Shown: in pieces, positions 14,679 through 23,987 of the stretch
How the letters are laid out: each line of letters opens with the position of its first letter
Numbering within the stretch: position 1 is the first letter of the stretch
Assembly (NCBI RefSeq): GCF_002310835.1
Contig: NZ_CP011041.1
Location: forward strand, 2,640,001 to 2,672,000
Length of the DNA: 32,000 bases
Source of the DNA: Pseudoalteromonas tetraodonis
Lineage (GTDB): Bacteria; Pseudomonadota; Gammaproteobacteria; Enterobacterales; Alteromonadaceae
Direction: 5' to 3'
Notes under the pieces: model-generated
Told to the model about the DNA's origin: nothing
Database searches by the model: none
Seen by the model: only the letters and a program-made list of their open reading frames with translations
Translations under genes and position numbers: made by a program

Positions 14679-15440
14679 ATGAAAGTTCTCTTTTTATGCA
14701 CTGAAAACTCAGCTAGGTCTATCATGGCTGAGGCGTTGCTAAAACATCATGGTAAAGGTGAGTACGAGGTTTATAGTGCTGGTACTGAGCCAAATAGTGT
14801 TGATAGTCGTACCTTGTCAGCTATCGAGCACTTTGGGTTACCTACCGATGGATTACACTCAAAACACCTTGATGAAGTTAGCAATATCCATTTCGATTTT
14901 GTTATTACCCTGTGTGATAAAGCGGCAAAAGAGTGTGATAGCCGAGTCAATGGTACTAACTGCCTTGCTTGGGATTTCCCTGAGCCTCGTTCTCGTAGAG
15001 ATGCCAACCCGTTTGAAAAAACGCTACAAGAGCTAAATGAACGGATTAAAATGTTTTTGCTGATACAAGAAAAGCAAAAGCCAGCGCCAATAACGCCAAC
15101 TACTTTTTACAAAGCTCTGGCTGATGATATTCGCTTGAAAACGCTTTTAATCATTGCGGTTGAGGGTGAAGCGTGTGTCTGTGAGTTGATGACTGCATTA
15201 GATGAAGAGAGCCAGCCCAAAGTGTCCCGTCACCTAGCACAGCTTCGAAAAACAGGCATTTTATCTGACAGAAAGCATCAGCAATGGGTGTTTTATTCGA
15301 TCAATCCAACATTGCCAGCGTGGATGAAGCAAACCATCACCTCAACGGTAGTGAATGAGCCTATTTTTATCGAACAAGAGCTAGCCAGATTAAACTCGAT
15401 GGGTGACCGTCCTACGCGTGTGGCAAGCTGCTGTAATTAA
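14679..15440 (+). CDS. Fusion protein: N-terminal LMW-PTP-type arsenate reductase (ArsC) plus C-terminal ArsR/SmtB repressor
   Basis: ATG at 14679 has GGAG 6 nt upstream. Residues 1-130 carry CTENSARS (CX5R P-loop) and LCDKAAKEC (a Cys pair 7 residues apart, as in C82/C89 of Trx-coupled ArsC). A PAPITPTT linker follows. The ArsR HTH carries EACVCEL and [15 protein letters not shown]. The C-terminal tail ends in SCCN. Confidence 0.8.
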   Translation: MKVLFLCTENSARSIMAEALLKHHGKGEYEVYSAGTEPNSVDSRTLSAIEHFGLPTDGLHSKHLDEVSNIHFDFVITLCDKAAKECDSRVNGTNCLAWDFPEPRSRRDANPFEKTLQELNERIKMFLLIQEKQKPAPITPTTFYKALADDIRLKTLLIIAVEGEACVCELMTALDEESQPKVSRHLAQLRKTGILSDRKHQQWVFYSINPTLPAWMKQTITSTVVNEPIFIEQELARLNSMGDRPTRVASCCN

Positions 15441-15451
15441 GGAATGTAACT

Positions 15452-16474
15452 ATGGGGATTTTTGAACGTTATTTATCTGTTTGGGTGGCGATATCAATTG
15501 CTGCTGGTGTGGCGCTGGGGATTGTTTACCCACCTCTTTTTGAAGCTATTGCAAAGCTTGAAGTTGCCCATGTAAATGTAGTTGTTGCTGTTTTCATTTG
15601 GGTAATGATCTACCCAATGATGGTGCAAGTGGATTTTTCAACCATTAAGGAAGTAGGGAAGAATCCGCAAGGCTTGGTATTAACTTTGGTGGTCAACTGG
15701 CTTATTAAACCATTTTCAATGGCTGCTTTAGGTTGGTTGTTCTTCGAAGGCTTATTTGCCGATTTTGTATCACCAGAAACAGCGCAAGAATACATCGCTG
15801 GTATGATTTTACTGGGGGTTGCACCTTGTACGGCAATGGTGTTTGTCTGGTCGCAATTAACCAAAGGTGATGCGAACTATACCTTAGTTCAGGTGTCGGT
15901 GAACGACATCATCATGATTTTTGCATTCGCTCCCATTGCGGGGTTATTGCTTGGTGTAACAGACATTCATGTACCTTGGGGCACCTTGTTTATCTCGGTG
16001 ATTTTGTATGTATTGCTCCCTTTAATCGCGGGAATCCTGACTAGAAAACACTTAAACAGCTCAGGTCGCGATGAAGCAGCTATCACAAGTTTGCTAGAGA
16101 AGTTAAAACCGTTTTCTGTTATCGGTTTACTGGCAACAGTCGTTTTGCTGTTTGGCTTTCAAGCTAACACCATTATTGAGCAACCACTTAATATCTTGCT
16201 AATCGCCATTCCGCTTATCCTGCAAACCTATGGCATTTTCATTATTGCCTATTTTATCGCGGTCAGACTCAAGCTTAAGCACAACATTGCTGCACCTTCT
16301 TGTTTGATTGGTACATCTAACTTCTTTGAATTGGCAGTGGCAGTAGCTATTTCCCTTTTCGGCTTACATTCAGGCGCTGCATTGGCGACCGTGGTTGGGG
16401 TTCTGGTTGAAGTTCCAGTTATGTTGTCTCTCGTATCGATTGTGAACAGAACAAAACATTGGTTTAACGAATAA
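15452..16474 (+). CDS. acr3: ACR3-family arsenite efflux permease
   Basis: 340 aa with the typical ACR3 N-terminus [19 protein letters not shown], about 10 TM segments and the conserved GVAPCTAMV Cys-containing motif. Confidence 0.9.
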   Translation: MGIFERYLSVWVAISIAAGVALGIVYPPLFEAIAKLEVAHVNVVVAVFIWVMIYPMMVQVDFSTIKEVGKNPQGLVLTLVVNWLIKPFSMAALGWLFFEGLFADFVSPETAQEYIAGMILLGVAPCTAMVFVWSQLTKGDANYTLVQVSVNDIIMIFAFAPIAGLLLGVTDIHVPWGTLFISVILYVLLPLIAGILTRKHLNSSGRDEAAITSLLEKLKPFSVIGLLATVVLLFGFQANTIIEQPLNILLIAIPLILQTYGIFIIAYFIAVRLKLKHNIAAPSCLIGTSNFFELAVAVAISLFGLHSGAALATVVGVLVEVPVMLSLVSIVNRTKHWFNE

Positions 16475-16488
16475 TTAAGAGGCTTTTT

Positions 16489-16992
16489 ATGCACACTCAT
16501 CCATATGACATACTAACACTTGATAATGGCGCAAGCTTTATCTTTACTCCTTGCCCCGGAACAAAAGACGTTGATTTAACAACATCGGTTACACAATTGA
16601 AAGATGCTGGAGCACAAGCGATTGTGACGCTGATGTACGATGCAGAAATGAACAAGAATGAAGCCGAAGACCTTCCTCAAGTGTGTGATGCACAAGGTAT
16701 TAAATGGTTTCAGTTACCTATTTTAGATGACGATGCACCAAATGAAGATTTTGCAGCAGCGTTCAAATCAAACCTTGATGACATGCTATCTATCTTACGC
16801 AATCAAGGCACCATTGCCGTGCATTGTAAAGGCGGCTCTGGTCGCACAGGCTTAGTCATTGGACTACTGATGTTTGAACTAGGTTACGACAAGGCAGACA
16901 TTATTAAACAAGTGCAGAAAATGCGCCCTAAAGCGCTCTCACACCCAGTACAACTTTCTTTTTTCAATGAGTTTCAAATAGTAGGAGCTTAA
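16489..16992 (+). CDS. Dual-specificity/tyrosine phosphatase-fold protein (HCX5R P-loop)
   Basis: 167 aa with [11 protein letters not shown] (HCX5R). An AAGAGG RBS is present. The stop lies 2 nt before the GAPDH start. Confidence 0.75.
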   Translation: MHTHPYDILTLDNGASFIFTPCPGTKDVDLTTSVTQLKDAGAQAIVTLMYDAEMNKNEAEDLPQVCDAQGIKWFQLPILDDDAPNEDFAAAFKSNLDDMLSILRNQGTIAVHCKGGSGRTGLVIGLLMFELGYDKADIIKQVQKMRPKALSHPVQLSFFNEFQIVGA

Positions 16993-16994
16993 CA

Positions 16995-18005
16995 ATGGCA
17001 ATTAAAATTGGTATTAACGGTTTTGGCCGCATGGGTCGCTTAACACTTAGAGCTGCTTTTGGTTGGCAAGACATTGAGTTTGTGCAAATCAACGATCCTG
17101 CTGGCAATGCAGAAACGCTAGCACATTTATTAAAGTACGATTCTGTGCATGGTACTTGGTCACATGATGTAACCCATGATGACAATAACGTGATAATTGA
17201 TGGTCAAGCCATTCGTGTAACGCAAAACAAAGCAATTAATGATACGGATTGGTCTGAATGTGATTTGGTCATTGAAGCGTCAGGCAAGATGAAGAAAACT
17301 GAGTTGCTACAAGCCTACTTAGACCAAGGAGTAAAAAAAGTCGTTGTAACAGCACCCGTAAAAGAAGAAGGTGTACTTAATGTGGTTATGGGGGTTAACG
17401 ACCATCTATATGATGTTGAACAGCACTCAATCGTAACGGCAGCGTCTTGCACCACAAACTGCTTAGCACCAGTGGTGAAAGTGTTACTGGATAAAATCGG
17501 CATCAAACATGGCTCAATGACGACTATCCACGACATTACCAACACTCAAACGATTCTAGATGCTCCGCATAAAGATTTACGTAGAGCGCGTGCCTGTGGC
17601 ATGAGCTTAATCCCAACCACTACAGGTTCGGCAACGGCGATTACTCATATTTTCCCAGAGTTGAAAGGTAAGCTGAATGGTCATGCGGTACGTGTGCCTC
17701 TTGCGAATGCTTCAATTACTGATTGTGTATTTGAGGTTGAGCGTCCAACAACGGAAGCTGAAATTAACGCTTGGATGAAAGAAGCGGCTGAGGGCGAATT
17801 AAAAGGCATTCTTGGTTATGAAGAAAAGCCACTTGTGTCTATCGATTATAAAACCGACCCACGTTCTAGCGTTGTCGATGCATTATCAACAATGGTCGTT
17901 AATGGCACTCAGGTGAAGCTGTACACATGGTATGACAACGAGTGGGGTTACGCTAATAGAACGGCTGAACTTGCTCGTAAAGTCGGATCATCAATTAAAG
18001 GGTAA
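16995..18005 (+). CDS. gapdh: Type I glyceraldehyde-3-phosphate dehydrogenase, ars-operon paralogue
   Basis: 336 aa with the NAD-binding N-terminus [11 protein letters not shown] and the active site [10 protein letters not shown]. An AGGAG RBS is present. Confidence 0.9.
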   Translation: MAIKIGINGFGRMGRLTLRAAFGWQDIEFVQINDPAGNAETLAHLLKYDSVHGTWSHDVTHDDNNVIIDGQAIRVTQNKAINDTDWSECDLVIEASGKMKKTELLQAYLDQGVKKVVVTAPVKEEGVLNVVMGVNDHLYDVEQHSIVTAASCTTNCLAPVVKVLLDKIGIKHGSMTTIHDITNTQTILDAPHKDLRRARACGMSLIPTTTGSATAITHIFPELKGKLNGHAVRVPLANASITDCVFEVERPTTEAEINAWMKEAAEGELKGILGYEEKPLVSIDYKTDPRSSVVDALSTMVVNGTQVKLYTWYDNEWGYANRTAELARKVGSSIKG

Positions 18006-18014
18006 TGTAACACT

Positions 18015-19232
18015 ATGAAGCGCTTGGCATCATTATCTGACGATATTAAGCAATACCTTGTTGTAACAGGCAATTATTGGGCATTTACCTTAACCGATGG
18101 CGCACTACGCATGTTGGTAGTGCTTCATTTCCACGCGTTAGGCTATAGTCCGCTGAGCATTGCGATGTTGTTCTTGTTTTATGAAATCTTTGGTGTTGTC
18201 ACTAATTTAGTTGGCGGCTTCTTAGGTGCCCGTTTAGGGCTAAATAAAACCATGAACATCGGTTTGGCGATTCAAATAATCGCCTTGCTGATGTTAGCCG
18301 TTCCCGCTGAATGGTTAACCGTTGTCTATGTGATGATTGCACAAGCGCTTTCAGGCATTGCCAAAGACTTAAACAAAATGAGCGCAAAAAGCTCAATTAA
18401 GATGTTGGTTGCCGCAGGACAAGAAGGCACCTTGTTTAAATGGGTCGCGGTATTAACAGGCTCTAAGAATGCCCTGAAAGGCGTTGGCTTTTTCTTAGGC
18501 GGCTTACTGTTAACTTTACTTTCCTTCAAAGGCGCAATGTTGTTAATGGCAGGTGTTTTGGCTCTTGTTTGGTGTTACAGCCTTTATGCTTTGAAAAACG
18601 ACTTAGGTAAAGCCAAGAACAAACCTAAGTTTACCGACATCTTCTCAAAGAGTCGCTCTATCAATATCTTATCGGCTGCACGACTCTTCTTGTTTGGTGC
18701 CCGTGATGTCTGGTTTGTGGTTGCACTACCTGTGTTCTTGTCACAAGTGTTTGAATGGGATCATTGGACAGTAGGTGGCTTCTTAGCGCTTTGGGTGATT
18801 GGTTACGGTTTTGTCCAATCAATGACACCTAAGCTAATCAATTTCAAAGCTAGCGTTTCTCCTGCCACTGAAACCGTAAAATGGGCAAGCTTGTTGGCAT
18901 TAGTGACATTAGGTATAGCTTTATCGTTACACTTTAACTGGGAAGTTAAAACGGCACTCATTGCTGGCTTAATGGTATTTGGCGTACTGTTTGCCATTAA
19001 CTCATCTCTGCACAGTTACCTGATTGTTAGCATGGCTGATGCCGATGGCGTTTCGTTAGATGTTGGCTTTTACTACATGGCAAATGCAATGGGGCGTTTG
19101 ATTGGTACAGTGCTGTCAGGCTGGGTTTTCCAGCTATACGGGTTAGCTGCTTGTTTAGCAATTTCATTTATCTTTATTAGTTTAGCTGCACTTATTTCTG
19201 CCAAGTTACCAGCCACAGCAAGTAACAAGTAA
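18015..19232 (+). CDS. arsJ: ArsJ-type MFS organoarsenical (1-arseno-3-phosphoglycerate) efflux permease
   Basis: 405-aa MFS protein directly downstream of the ars-linked GAPDH. The N-terminus YLVVTGNYWAFTLTDGALRMLVVLHFH is typical of ArsJ-family proteins. Confidence 0.8.
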   Translation: MKRLASLSDDIKQYLVVTGNYWAFTLTDGALRMLVVLHFHALGYSPLSIAMLFLFYEIFGVVTNLVGGFLGARLGLNKTMNIGLAIQIIALLMLAVPAEWLTVVYVMIAQALSGIAKDLNKMSAKSSIKMLVAAGQEGTLFKWVAVLTGSKNALKGVGFFLGGLLLTLLSFKGAMLLMAGVLALVWCYSLYALKNDLGKAKNKPKFTDIFSKSRSINILSAARLFLFGARDVWFVVALPVFLSQVFEWDHWTVGGFLALWVIGYGFVQSMTPKLINFKASVSPATETVKWASLLALVTLGIALSLHFNWEVKTALIAGLMVFGVLFAINSSLHSYLIVSMADADGVSLDVGFYYMANAMGRLIGTVLSGWVFQLYGLAACLAISFIFISLAALISAKLPATASNK

Positions 19233-19252
19233 ACAGTTTGCATTAAGGCTTT

Positions 19253-19276
19253 CCCCTGACACTTAGCAGTCAGGGG
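19253..19276. terminator. Bidirectional hairpin between convergent arsJ and the GDCCVxC gene
   Basis: CCCCTGAC-acttagca-GTCAGGGG is an 8-bp GC-rich stem, preceded by TT on the plus strand. Confidence 0.5.
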
Positions 19277-19282
19277 AATGAA

Positions 19283-19501
19283 TTATTTACCAAAGCAACA
19301 ACTGTTCCCTTCTTGGATGGGAGGACACTTTACTGTCCCATAAGAGCAATAGACGCAACAATCACCTTTTAATGGTTTAAGCAACTTTTTACAGCTTTCG
19401 CATTCGTAGTACCACTGGCAAGCATTTGTAGGCATAATCTCAACTTTACTAAACCCGCACTTTGGACAGGTTATCTTTGATTCTAACTCTATGCCTTGCA
19501 T
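19283..19501 (-). CDS. GDCCVxC-motif cysteine-rich small protein (metal-binding, a mer-associated family)
   Basis: 72 aa with CPKCG, CESC, GDCCVYCSYG and a C-terminal SCC, 12 Cys in total. GGAG lies upstream of the ATG. Confidence 0.7.
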   Translation of the reverse strand: MQGIELESKITCPKCGFSKVEIMPTNACQWYYECESCKKLLKPLKGDCCVYCSYGTVKCPPIQEGNSCCFGK

Positions 19502-19821
19502 ACTGGCTCCATAACAGGCCTAACCATATCTAATACTGACATAAATACCATCCATGTGATCAAAGAGACATCATTATACAATTAATGCAGATTGCCTAAA
19601 CTCAATTTTAGGGCATGAACGGGTTCGCTAAGCGTCCGCTTTGTAGAATTAAGTCCAGATATCCAGATAACTCTGACTGTCTCTTATTCGCTCATAGCAG
19701 CTTGTCAGGTGAAGTCTAAACTAATTCTCCTCAGCTGTAAGATCAGATATGAGCTACTACACCTATATGGCTTGCCTTTTTATTTTTATAATGTAATTCG
19801 CTGGTCAATTTCTTTTTAAAT

Positions 19822-20184
19822 TTATATTTTATTACTGTGTTTATCGCGGATTGTTTTTTTTAGCTGTTTCTTAATTAAGGTTTGTTCGCAATACAATGCA
19901 ACAAAAACCCCAATAAAACTCGAAAAGATCACAATAAGCCAATAGTAAGCACTATTAAACGTGACTATCTCTGAAATAGACAGATACAAATTGAATGGAA
20001 CCACAAAAATTAAAAATCCTAAGACTTTGATAAACTCCCTAAATAGCTGAGAGTCCATTTTGGCTGAGTTTATATGAGCATTAATAGTTTCGTCTGACAC
20101 ATTACCTAGCTCAGCGTATTCCTTTTTCAACCAATTGAGATAATCCAATTTCACTTCCTTTTTTATATTTTTCGCTTCAATCAC
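19822..20184 (-). CDS. Hypothetical small membrane protein (soluble N-terminal half plus two TM segments)
   Basis: 120-aa ORF with ATG start, hydrophobic stretches VLGFLIFVVPFNLYL and YYWLIVIFSSFIGVFVALY, and a Lys-rich tail. I recognise no family. Confidence 0.45.
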   Translation of the reverse strand: MIEAKNIKKEVKLDYLNWLKKEYAELGNVSDETINAHINSAKMDSQLFREFIKVLGFLIFVVPFNLYLSISEIVTFNSAYYWLIVIFSSFIGVFVALYCEQTLIKKQLKKTIRDKHSNKI

Positions 20185-20314
20185 CTGATTTCATTCTCGA
20201 CAAAATAATTACACTTTATTGATTACATGTAAACAATACAATGACTTAACACTTAAGCTGCGTGCTAAAAAGAACTAACAGGGAGAGGTAGTGAATTAAG
20301 AAGATGCAACAAAC

Positions 20315-20338
20315 CACGGCGCTAAATTCAACGCCGTG
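20315..20338 (-). terminator. Possible rhlE terminator hairpin
   Basis: CACGGCG-N10-CGCCGTG is a 7-bp stem about 45 nt beyond the rhlE stop. On the minus strand it is followed by GTTTGTTG. Confidence 0.35.
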
Positions 20339-20383
20339 TTGGGCTCTTTTTACTGACAACTGATAGCTAAAAACTGAACGCTT

Positions 20384-21631
20384 TTATTTACGTCTTCTGT
20401 TAGGCGCTCTTTGTCCTGTAATACGTTTTTTATCGCGATCTTTACGCGCTTTGTTGGTGTTTTTGCGGTTATCTTTAGGTGGCTTATTTAAATCGGGCTC
20501 GTAGCCTTCAAGCCATTGTGGGGCTAAACGCGTATCAAGCAGTACTTCAATTTCTTCAAGTAGCCACTGCTCATCTAAACTCACTAACGACATTGCAAGG
20601 CCTTGCTCGCCAGCTCGTCCTGTACGGCCAATACGATGCACATAATCTTCAGCTATGTATGGCAATTCAAAGTTAATTACGTATTTAAGTGCCGGTATGT
20701 CTAAACCGCGCGCCGCTACATCGGTGGCTACTAATACACGCGTACTACCTTCTTTGAAGTTATGAAGAGCGCGGTCGCGAGCACCTTGTGATTTATCACC
20801 ATGAATAGATTCGGTTTTTAAACCATCTTTACACATTTCTTTAGCAAGCTTATCGGCCATTTGTTTAGTGCGGGTGAATATAAGCACTTGGCGCCAGTTT
20901 TTCATGCCAATCATGTGCGAGACCAGTTCGCGCTTTCTGTCTTCATCTACTGCGTAAATAACTTGTTCAACCTCTACAGCAGCAGAGTTACGCTTATCAA
21001 CTTCAATAAGCTCAGGATCTTTGAGTAGCTTTTTACTTAGCTCAAATACACTGTCATCAAAGGTGGCGGAAAACAGTAAGGTTTGACGATCGCATGGGAT
21101 ATGACGCAGTATTCGTTTAATTTCGTCAATAAAACCCATATCAAGCATACGGTCTGCTTCATCAAATACTAAAGAGTCCACGCTTGAAAGCACCACACTG
21201 CCCTTCACTATATGATCAAGTAAGCGCCCTGGCGTTGCCACTATTACTTGCGCTGTTTTAAGTGCTTTGATTTGTGGGCCAATGCTTGCGCCACCATAGG
21301 CAAGTGCACCTTTTATATCTGTACCTTGTGCGTATTTTTCAAAGCTTGCAAATACTTGCTGAGCAAGCTCCCTAGTGGGCGTTAAAATAACCACACGGGC
21401 AATGCCTGGTTCGTCTTTTTTAGCTGAATTTAAAAGCTTATGTAATAGCGGCAAAACAAAAGCGGCTGTTTTACCTGTGCCTGTTTGCGCACTGCCCATT
21501 ACATCATTGCCCGCTAAAATCGGCGGAATAGTTTTAATCTGAATAGCGGTTGGTGTGGTGTAATTATTTTGCTCAATCGCGTTTAATAATACAGGGTCGA
21601 GATCAAGTGATGAAAATGATGTGGCAGACAT
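20384..21631 (-). CDS. rhlE: DEAD-box ATP-dependent RNA helicase (RhlE-like)
   Basis: 415 aa with AQTGTGKT, PTRELA, DEAD (VFDEADRMLD), SAT and HRIGRTGRAG, plus a basic Lys/Arg-rich C-terminal tail. Confidence 0.9.
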   Translation of the reverse strand: MSATSFSSLDLDPVLLNAIEQNNYTTPTAIQIKTIPPILAGNDVMGSAQTGTGKTAAFVLPLLHKLLNSAKKDEPGIARVVILTPTRELAQQVFASFEKYAQGTDIKGALAYGGASIGPQIKALKTAQVIVATPGRLLDHIVKGSVVLSSVDSLVFDEADRMLDMGFIDEIKRILRHIPCDRQTLLFSATFDDSVFELSKKLLKDPELIEVDKRNSAAVEVEQVIYAVDEDRKRELVSHMIGMKNWRQVLIFTRTKQMADKLAKEMCKDGLKTESIHGDKSQGARDRALHNFKEGSTRVLVATDVAARGLDIPALKYVINFELPYIAEDYVHRIGRTGRAGEQGLAMSLVSLDEQWLLEEIEVLLDTRLAPQWLEGYEPDLNKPPKDNRKNTNKARKDRDKKRITGQRAPNRRRK

Positions 21632-21683
21632 AGGCTTAGCTTTAAAATAACAAAGAGCGCTATTATACCTGAGCTACATCAAT

Positions 21684-21724
21684 AAAAAAGGCGTTAAATA
21701 CAGCTGTATTTAACGCCTTTTTTC
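21684..21724 (-). terminator. Rho-independent terminator (bidirectional geometry)
   Basis: GGCGTTAAATACAG/CTGTATTTAACGCC is a perfect 14-bp palindrome (21690-21717), flanked by an A-run and a T-run. It lies just after the stop at 21735. Confidence 0.75.
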
Positions 21725-21734
21725 TCTGTATTTT

Positions 21735-22439
21735 TTAAGCAGGCTTTAACGTCGCCTTACGCTCATTGTAAAACGTAATTAAATCATCAACGGTTGCTTG
21801 GCAATATTCACGAATGCCCGACACCACCATGTGTTTTTCACCAAAACCCACCTTTTCGCCGTTTTCGAGTAAATTAAAGCGCAAGGTTATTTTGCCGCGT
21901 TTACCAGCGTATTCAAAGCTAGGCTCTGCAAACTCAAGGGTGGGTGATTTAATATCAATGTTATTAAGATTAATTATCATTGATTCATAAATAATCATAG
22001 GCCGCGCAGGATTTATCATTACCTCTTGCTTGCCCATTAAAGGAATAATTACATGCGGGAACGCAGCACCTGAGAACTCAACATAATTTTTTATTAAACT
22101 ATTTGTAAGTGTTGGGCATTTGCTGGTTTTACCGTCGCGCTTAACCTTTAAAATTACTTTTTCGCCATGGTTTACATCAAATTCTTCTCCAGGTTGTTCT
22201 GGAAAATTTAGTTTGGTATTTTCATCAACCATACCGGCAAAGGTAAACTCCATTCGCTCACTAATGCCATAGCGGTCTAACACTAGAGAAAAAAGTAAGT
22301 CTCCTGGTGCGCAAAACTTTTTAGCGTCTTTATCATGAAGCGGGTTGTAGTCGTCGGCTACACATTTAGCAAAGCGACAACCTTGCTCACGAGAAATTGA
22401 AACATAATCAGCATGCTGCTGATAGTAAGGACTTAACAT
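21735..22439 (-). CDS. MaoC/hotdog-like protein of uncharacterised family (possibly DUF3581-type)
   Basis: 234 aa. The N-terminal ADDYNPLHD matches the D-x-N-P-[LIV]-H hydratase-2 motif of MaoC-like hotdog domains. The rest is unassigned. Confidence 0.45.
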   Translation of the reverse strand: MLSPYYQQHADYVSISREQGCRFAKCVADDYNPLHDKDAKKFCAPGDLLFSLVLDRYGISERMEFTFAGMVDENTKLNFPEQPGEEFDVNHGEKVILKVKRDGKTSKCPTLTNSLIKNYVEFSGAAFPHVIIPLMGKQEVMINPARPMIIYESMIINLNNIDIKSPTLEFAEPSFEYAGKRGKITLRFNLLENGEKVGFGEKHMVVSGIREYCQATVDDLITFYNERKATLKPA

Positions 22440-22595
22440 AGTGTGTTCACTGCTTAAACTGCTTATAACCTAGCTATACTACCAGAAAAAAAATCTTGAG
22501 AGGTCGAATCTGTTTAATAAAGGCGAAAAATGATAATTTGCAACTCGCTAATTAACTAAGTAAATTAGGCAAATACGAGTTTAAGGGATTAACTA

Positions 22596-22991
22596 ATGAA
22601 GTATTTTTCTTTATTAATATGCGCGGTTTCATTATTAACTGGCTGTAATAACATTACTTACACAACCAATATCGACGACGAGGTTTTATCAGAACACGTT
22701 TCAAGCCACATTAAAAAACGTGGTCTAGAGCAATTTTACAGTGTTCAGGACGCTCTCGATAGAGGTGCAAGCCCCCTTGGTGGAATAAAAGGCGAAAGCT
22801 GCGATGTATCAGATGATATGCGAACATCCTCAATTAGCTATAACCGTTTGAAATCACAAGCCATAGAATCCCTTAAAAACGATGTGCTTTATTTAGGTGG
22901 CAATGCATTTACACTGGAGCAATGCCAATCAGTATCCCGCTACAATTGTGATTTAGCCGTTACTTGTACCGGACAAGCCTATAATTATTAA
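22596..22991 (+). CDS. Small outer-membrane lipoprotein, RcsF-like
   Basis: 131 aa with lipobox LLTGC. The C-terminal domain has four Cys (GESCD, EQCQ, YNCD, VTCTG), arranged like the two-disulfide RcsF domain. Confidence 0.45.
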   Translation: MKYFSLLICAVSLLTGCNNITYTTNIDDEVLSEHVSSHIKKRGLEQFYSVQDALDRGASPLGGIKGESCDVSDDMRTSSISYNRLKSQAIESLKNDVLYLGGNAFTLEQCQSVSRYNCDLAVTCTGQAYNY

Positions 22992-23078
22992 TAGTTCTGA
23001 ATTATATAATTAAGACTATAACGCTATGTGATTCGTTTTCTCTCATTTCCCCTATCAAACAACAAGCTGTATTTGCCA

Positions 23079-23930
23079 ATGACTTTTTACTTTTTAGCTG
23101 CCGCTATTTTATGTGTTTTCCCACAGTGTAAACTCACTGTATTTCGCCAACCATTATGGCAATACTTATTACTGCTAAGTGTTATTACTGCCTATTATCA
23201 ACAATATATAAATTTAAACGCGGTTGCTGTTATAGCTGTTTATGTGGGATTGTTTCACTTTACGCTATTGGCAACCTCAGCGTTAAAACGTAATGTTCTA
23301 ACGTCTTTATTTATAACAGCCTCACTCGGGTTGGCCTTACATTGGTTTGCGGGTTTTAATAACCTGCCTATTGTTGTTAATGAACAAATCACCAGTAACG
23401 CAATTGCATTTACCTTGTATGCTAATTTTGATAAAGCATTAGCGGGTTTAATGCTGAGCGCTTATTTTTTTGCAAAAAATAAAACGGCAAAGCCAGTGAC
23501 TATCGGCTACCCTGCTTTAATCATAATTATCACTATTTTAGCGGCGCTTATAACTGCTTTAACGTTAAACCTTGTTGAATTTGCGCCAAAAGTACCTGAA
23601 TTTTGGTTGTTATTTATAGCTATCAACCTACTTTTTACCTGCGTTGCAGAAGAGGCATTATTTAGGGGGGTGATACAAACTAAGCTTTCAAAACTAATAA
23701 CCCCGGGCAGGTTTGCATTACTGGCACCGGTGATCAGTACTTGTGTATTTTCACTGGCACACTTTTCAGCGGGTACTCATTATATGCTTGTGGCGGCCGT
23801 TGCAGGTTTTGGTTATGGCTATATTTACTATAAAACAAGCCGATTAGAATGGGCCATTTTATGTCATTGGCTCGTTAACGTGTTTCATTTTTTCTTATTT
23901 ACTTACCCTATGCTGGCAACTCCATCTTAG
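23079..23930 (+). CDS. CPBP-family intramembrane glutamic endopeptidase (CAAX protease-like)
   Basis: Motifs present are EEALFRG, FSLAHF and HWLVN. It is polytopic. The track ORF starts at GTG 23028; ATG 23079 (MTFYFLAAA) is preferred but uncertain. Confidence 0.75.
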   Translation: MTFYFLAAAILCVFPQCKLTVFRQPLWQYLLLLSVITAYYQQYINLNAVAVIAVYVGLFHFTLLATSALKRNVLTSLFITASLGLALHWFAGFNNLPIVVNEQITSNAIAFTLYANFDKALAGLMLSAYFFAKNKTAKPVTIGYPALIIIITILAALITALTLNLVEFAPKVPEFWLLFIAINLLFTCVAEEALFRGVIQTKLSKLITPGRFALLAPVISTCVFSLAHFSAGTHYMLVAAVAGFGYGYIYYKTSRLEWAILCHWLVNVFHFFLFTYPMLATPS

Positions 23931-23942
23931 AATTACAGGCAC

Positions 23943-23971
23943 AAAAAAGCCGCTTAAATTAAGCGGCTTTT
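23943..23971. terminator. Bidirectional rho-independent terminator between the convergent CPBP gene and gltX
   Basis: AAAAAA-GCCGCTTAA-a-TTAAGCGGC-TTTT is a 9-bp stem with A and T runs on both sides. Confidence 0.75.
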
Positions 23972-23987
23972 GAATCTGTATACGCGA

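Larger units (their letters stand above)
2236..20383. mobile_element. Accessory heavy-metal/metalloid resistance island (recombinase plus czc/CDF, mer-remnant and ars modules); boundaries approximate
   Basis: It is bounded by housekeeping-type genes (MTHFR-like on the left, rhlE on the right). It contains a tyrosine recombinase, orphan ORFs at both edges, three self-contained regulator/operator/cargo modules, a pseudogene, and repeat-like junction sequences. Confidence 0.5.

Noticed and set aside
14749-15036. ORFs 14749-15036 (+) and 14771-15007 (-) within the ArsC domain coding region.
   Set aside because: These are shadow frames of the well-supported fusion gene.
13825-19501. A hidden merA, merT or merP somewhere in or after the mer remnant.
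   Set aside because: All ORFs in this span are accounted for by the ars genes and the GDCCVxC protein. No FAD/NAD disulfide-reductase-like or MerT/MerP-like translation is present in any frame of the track.
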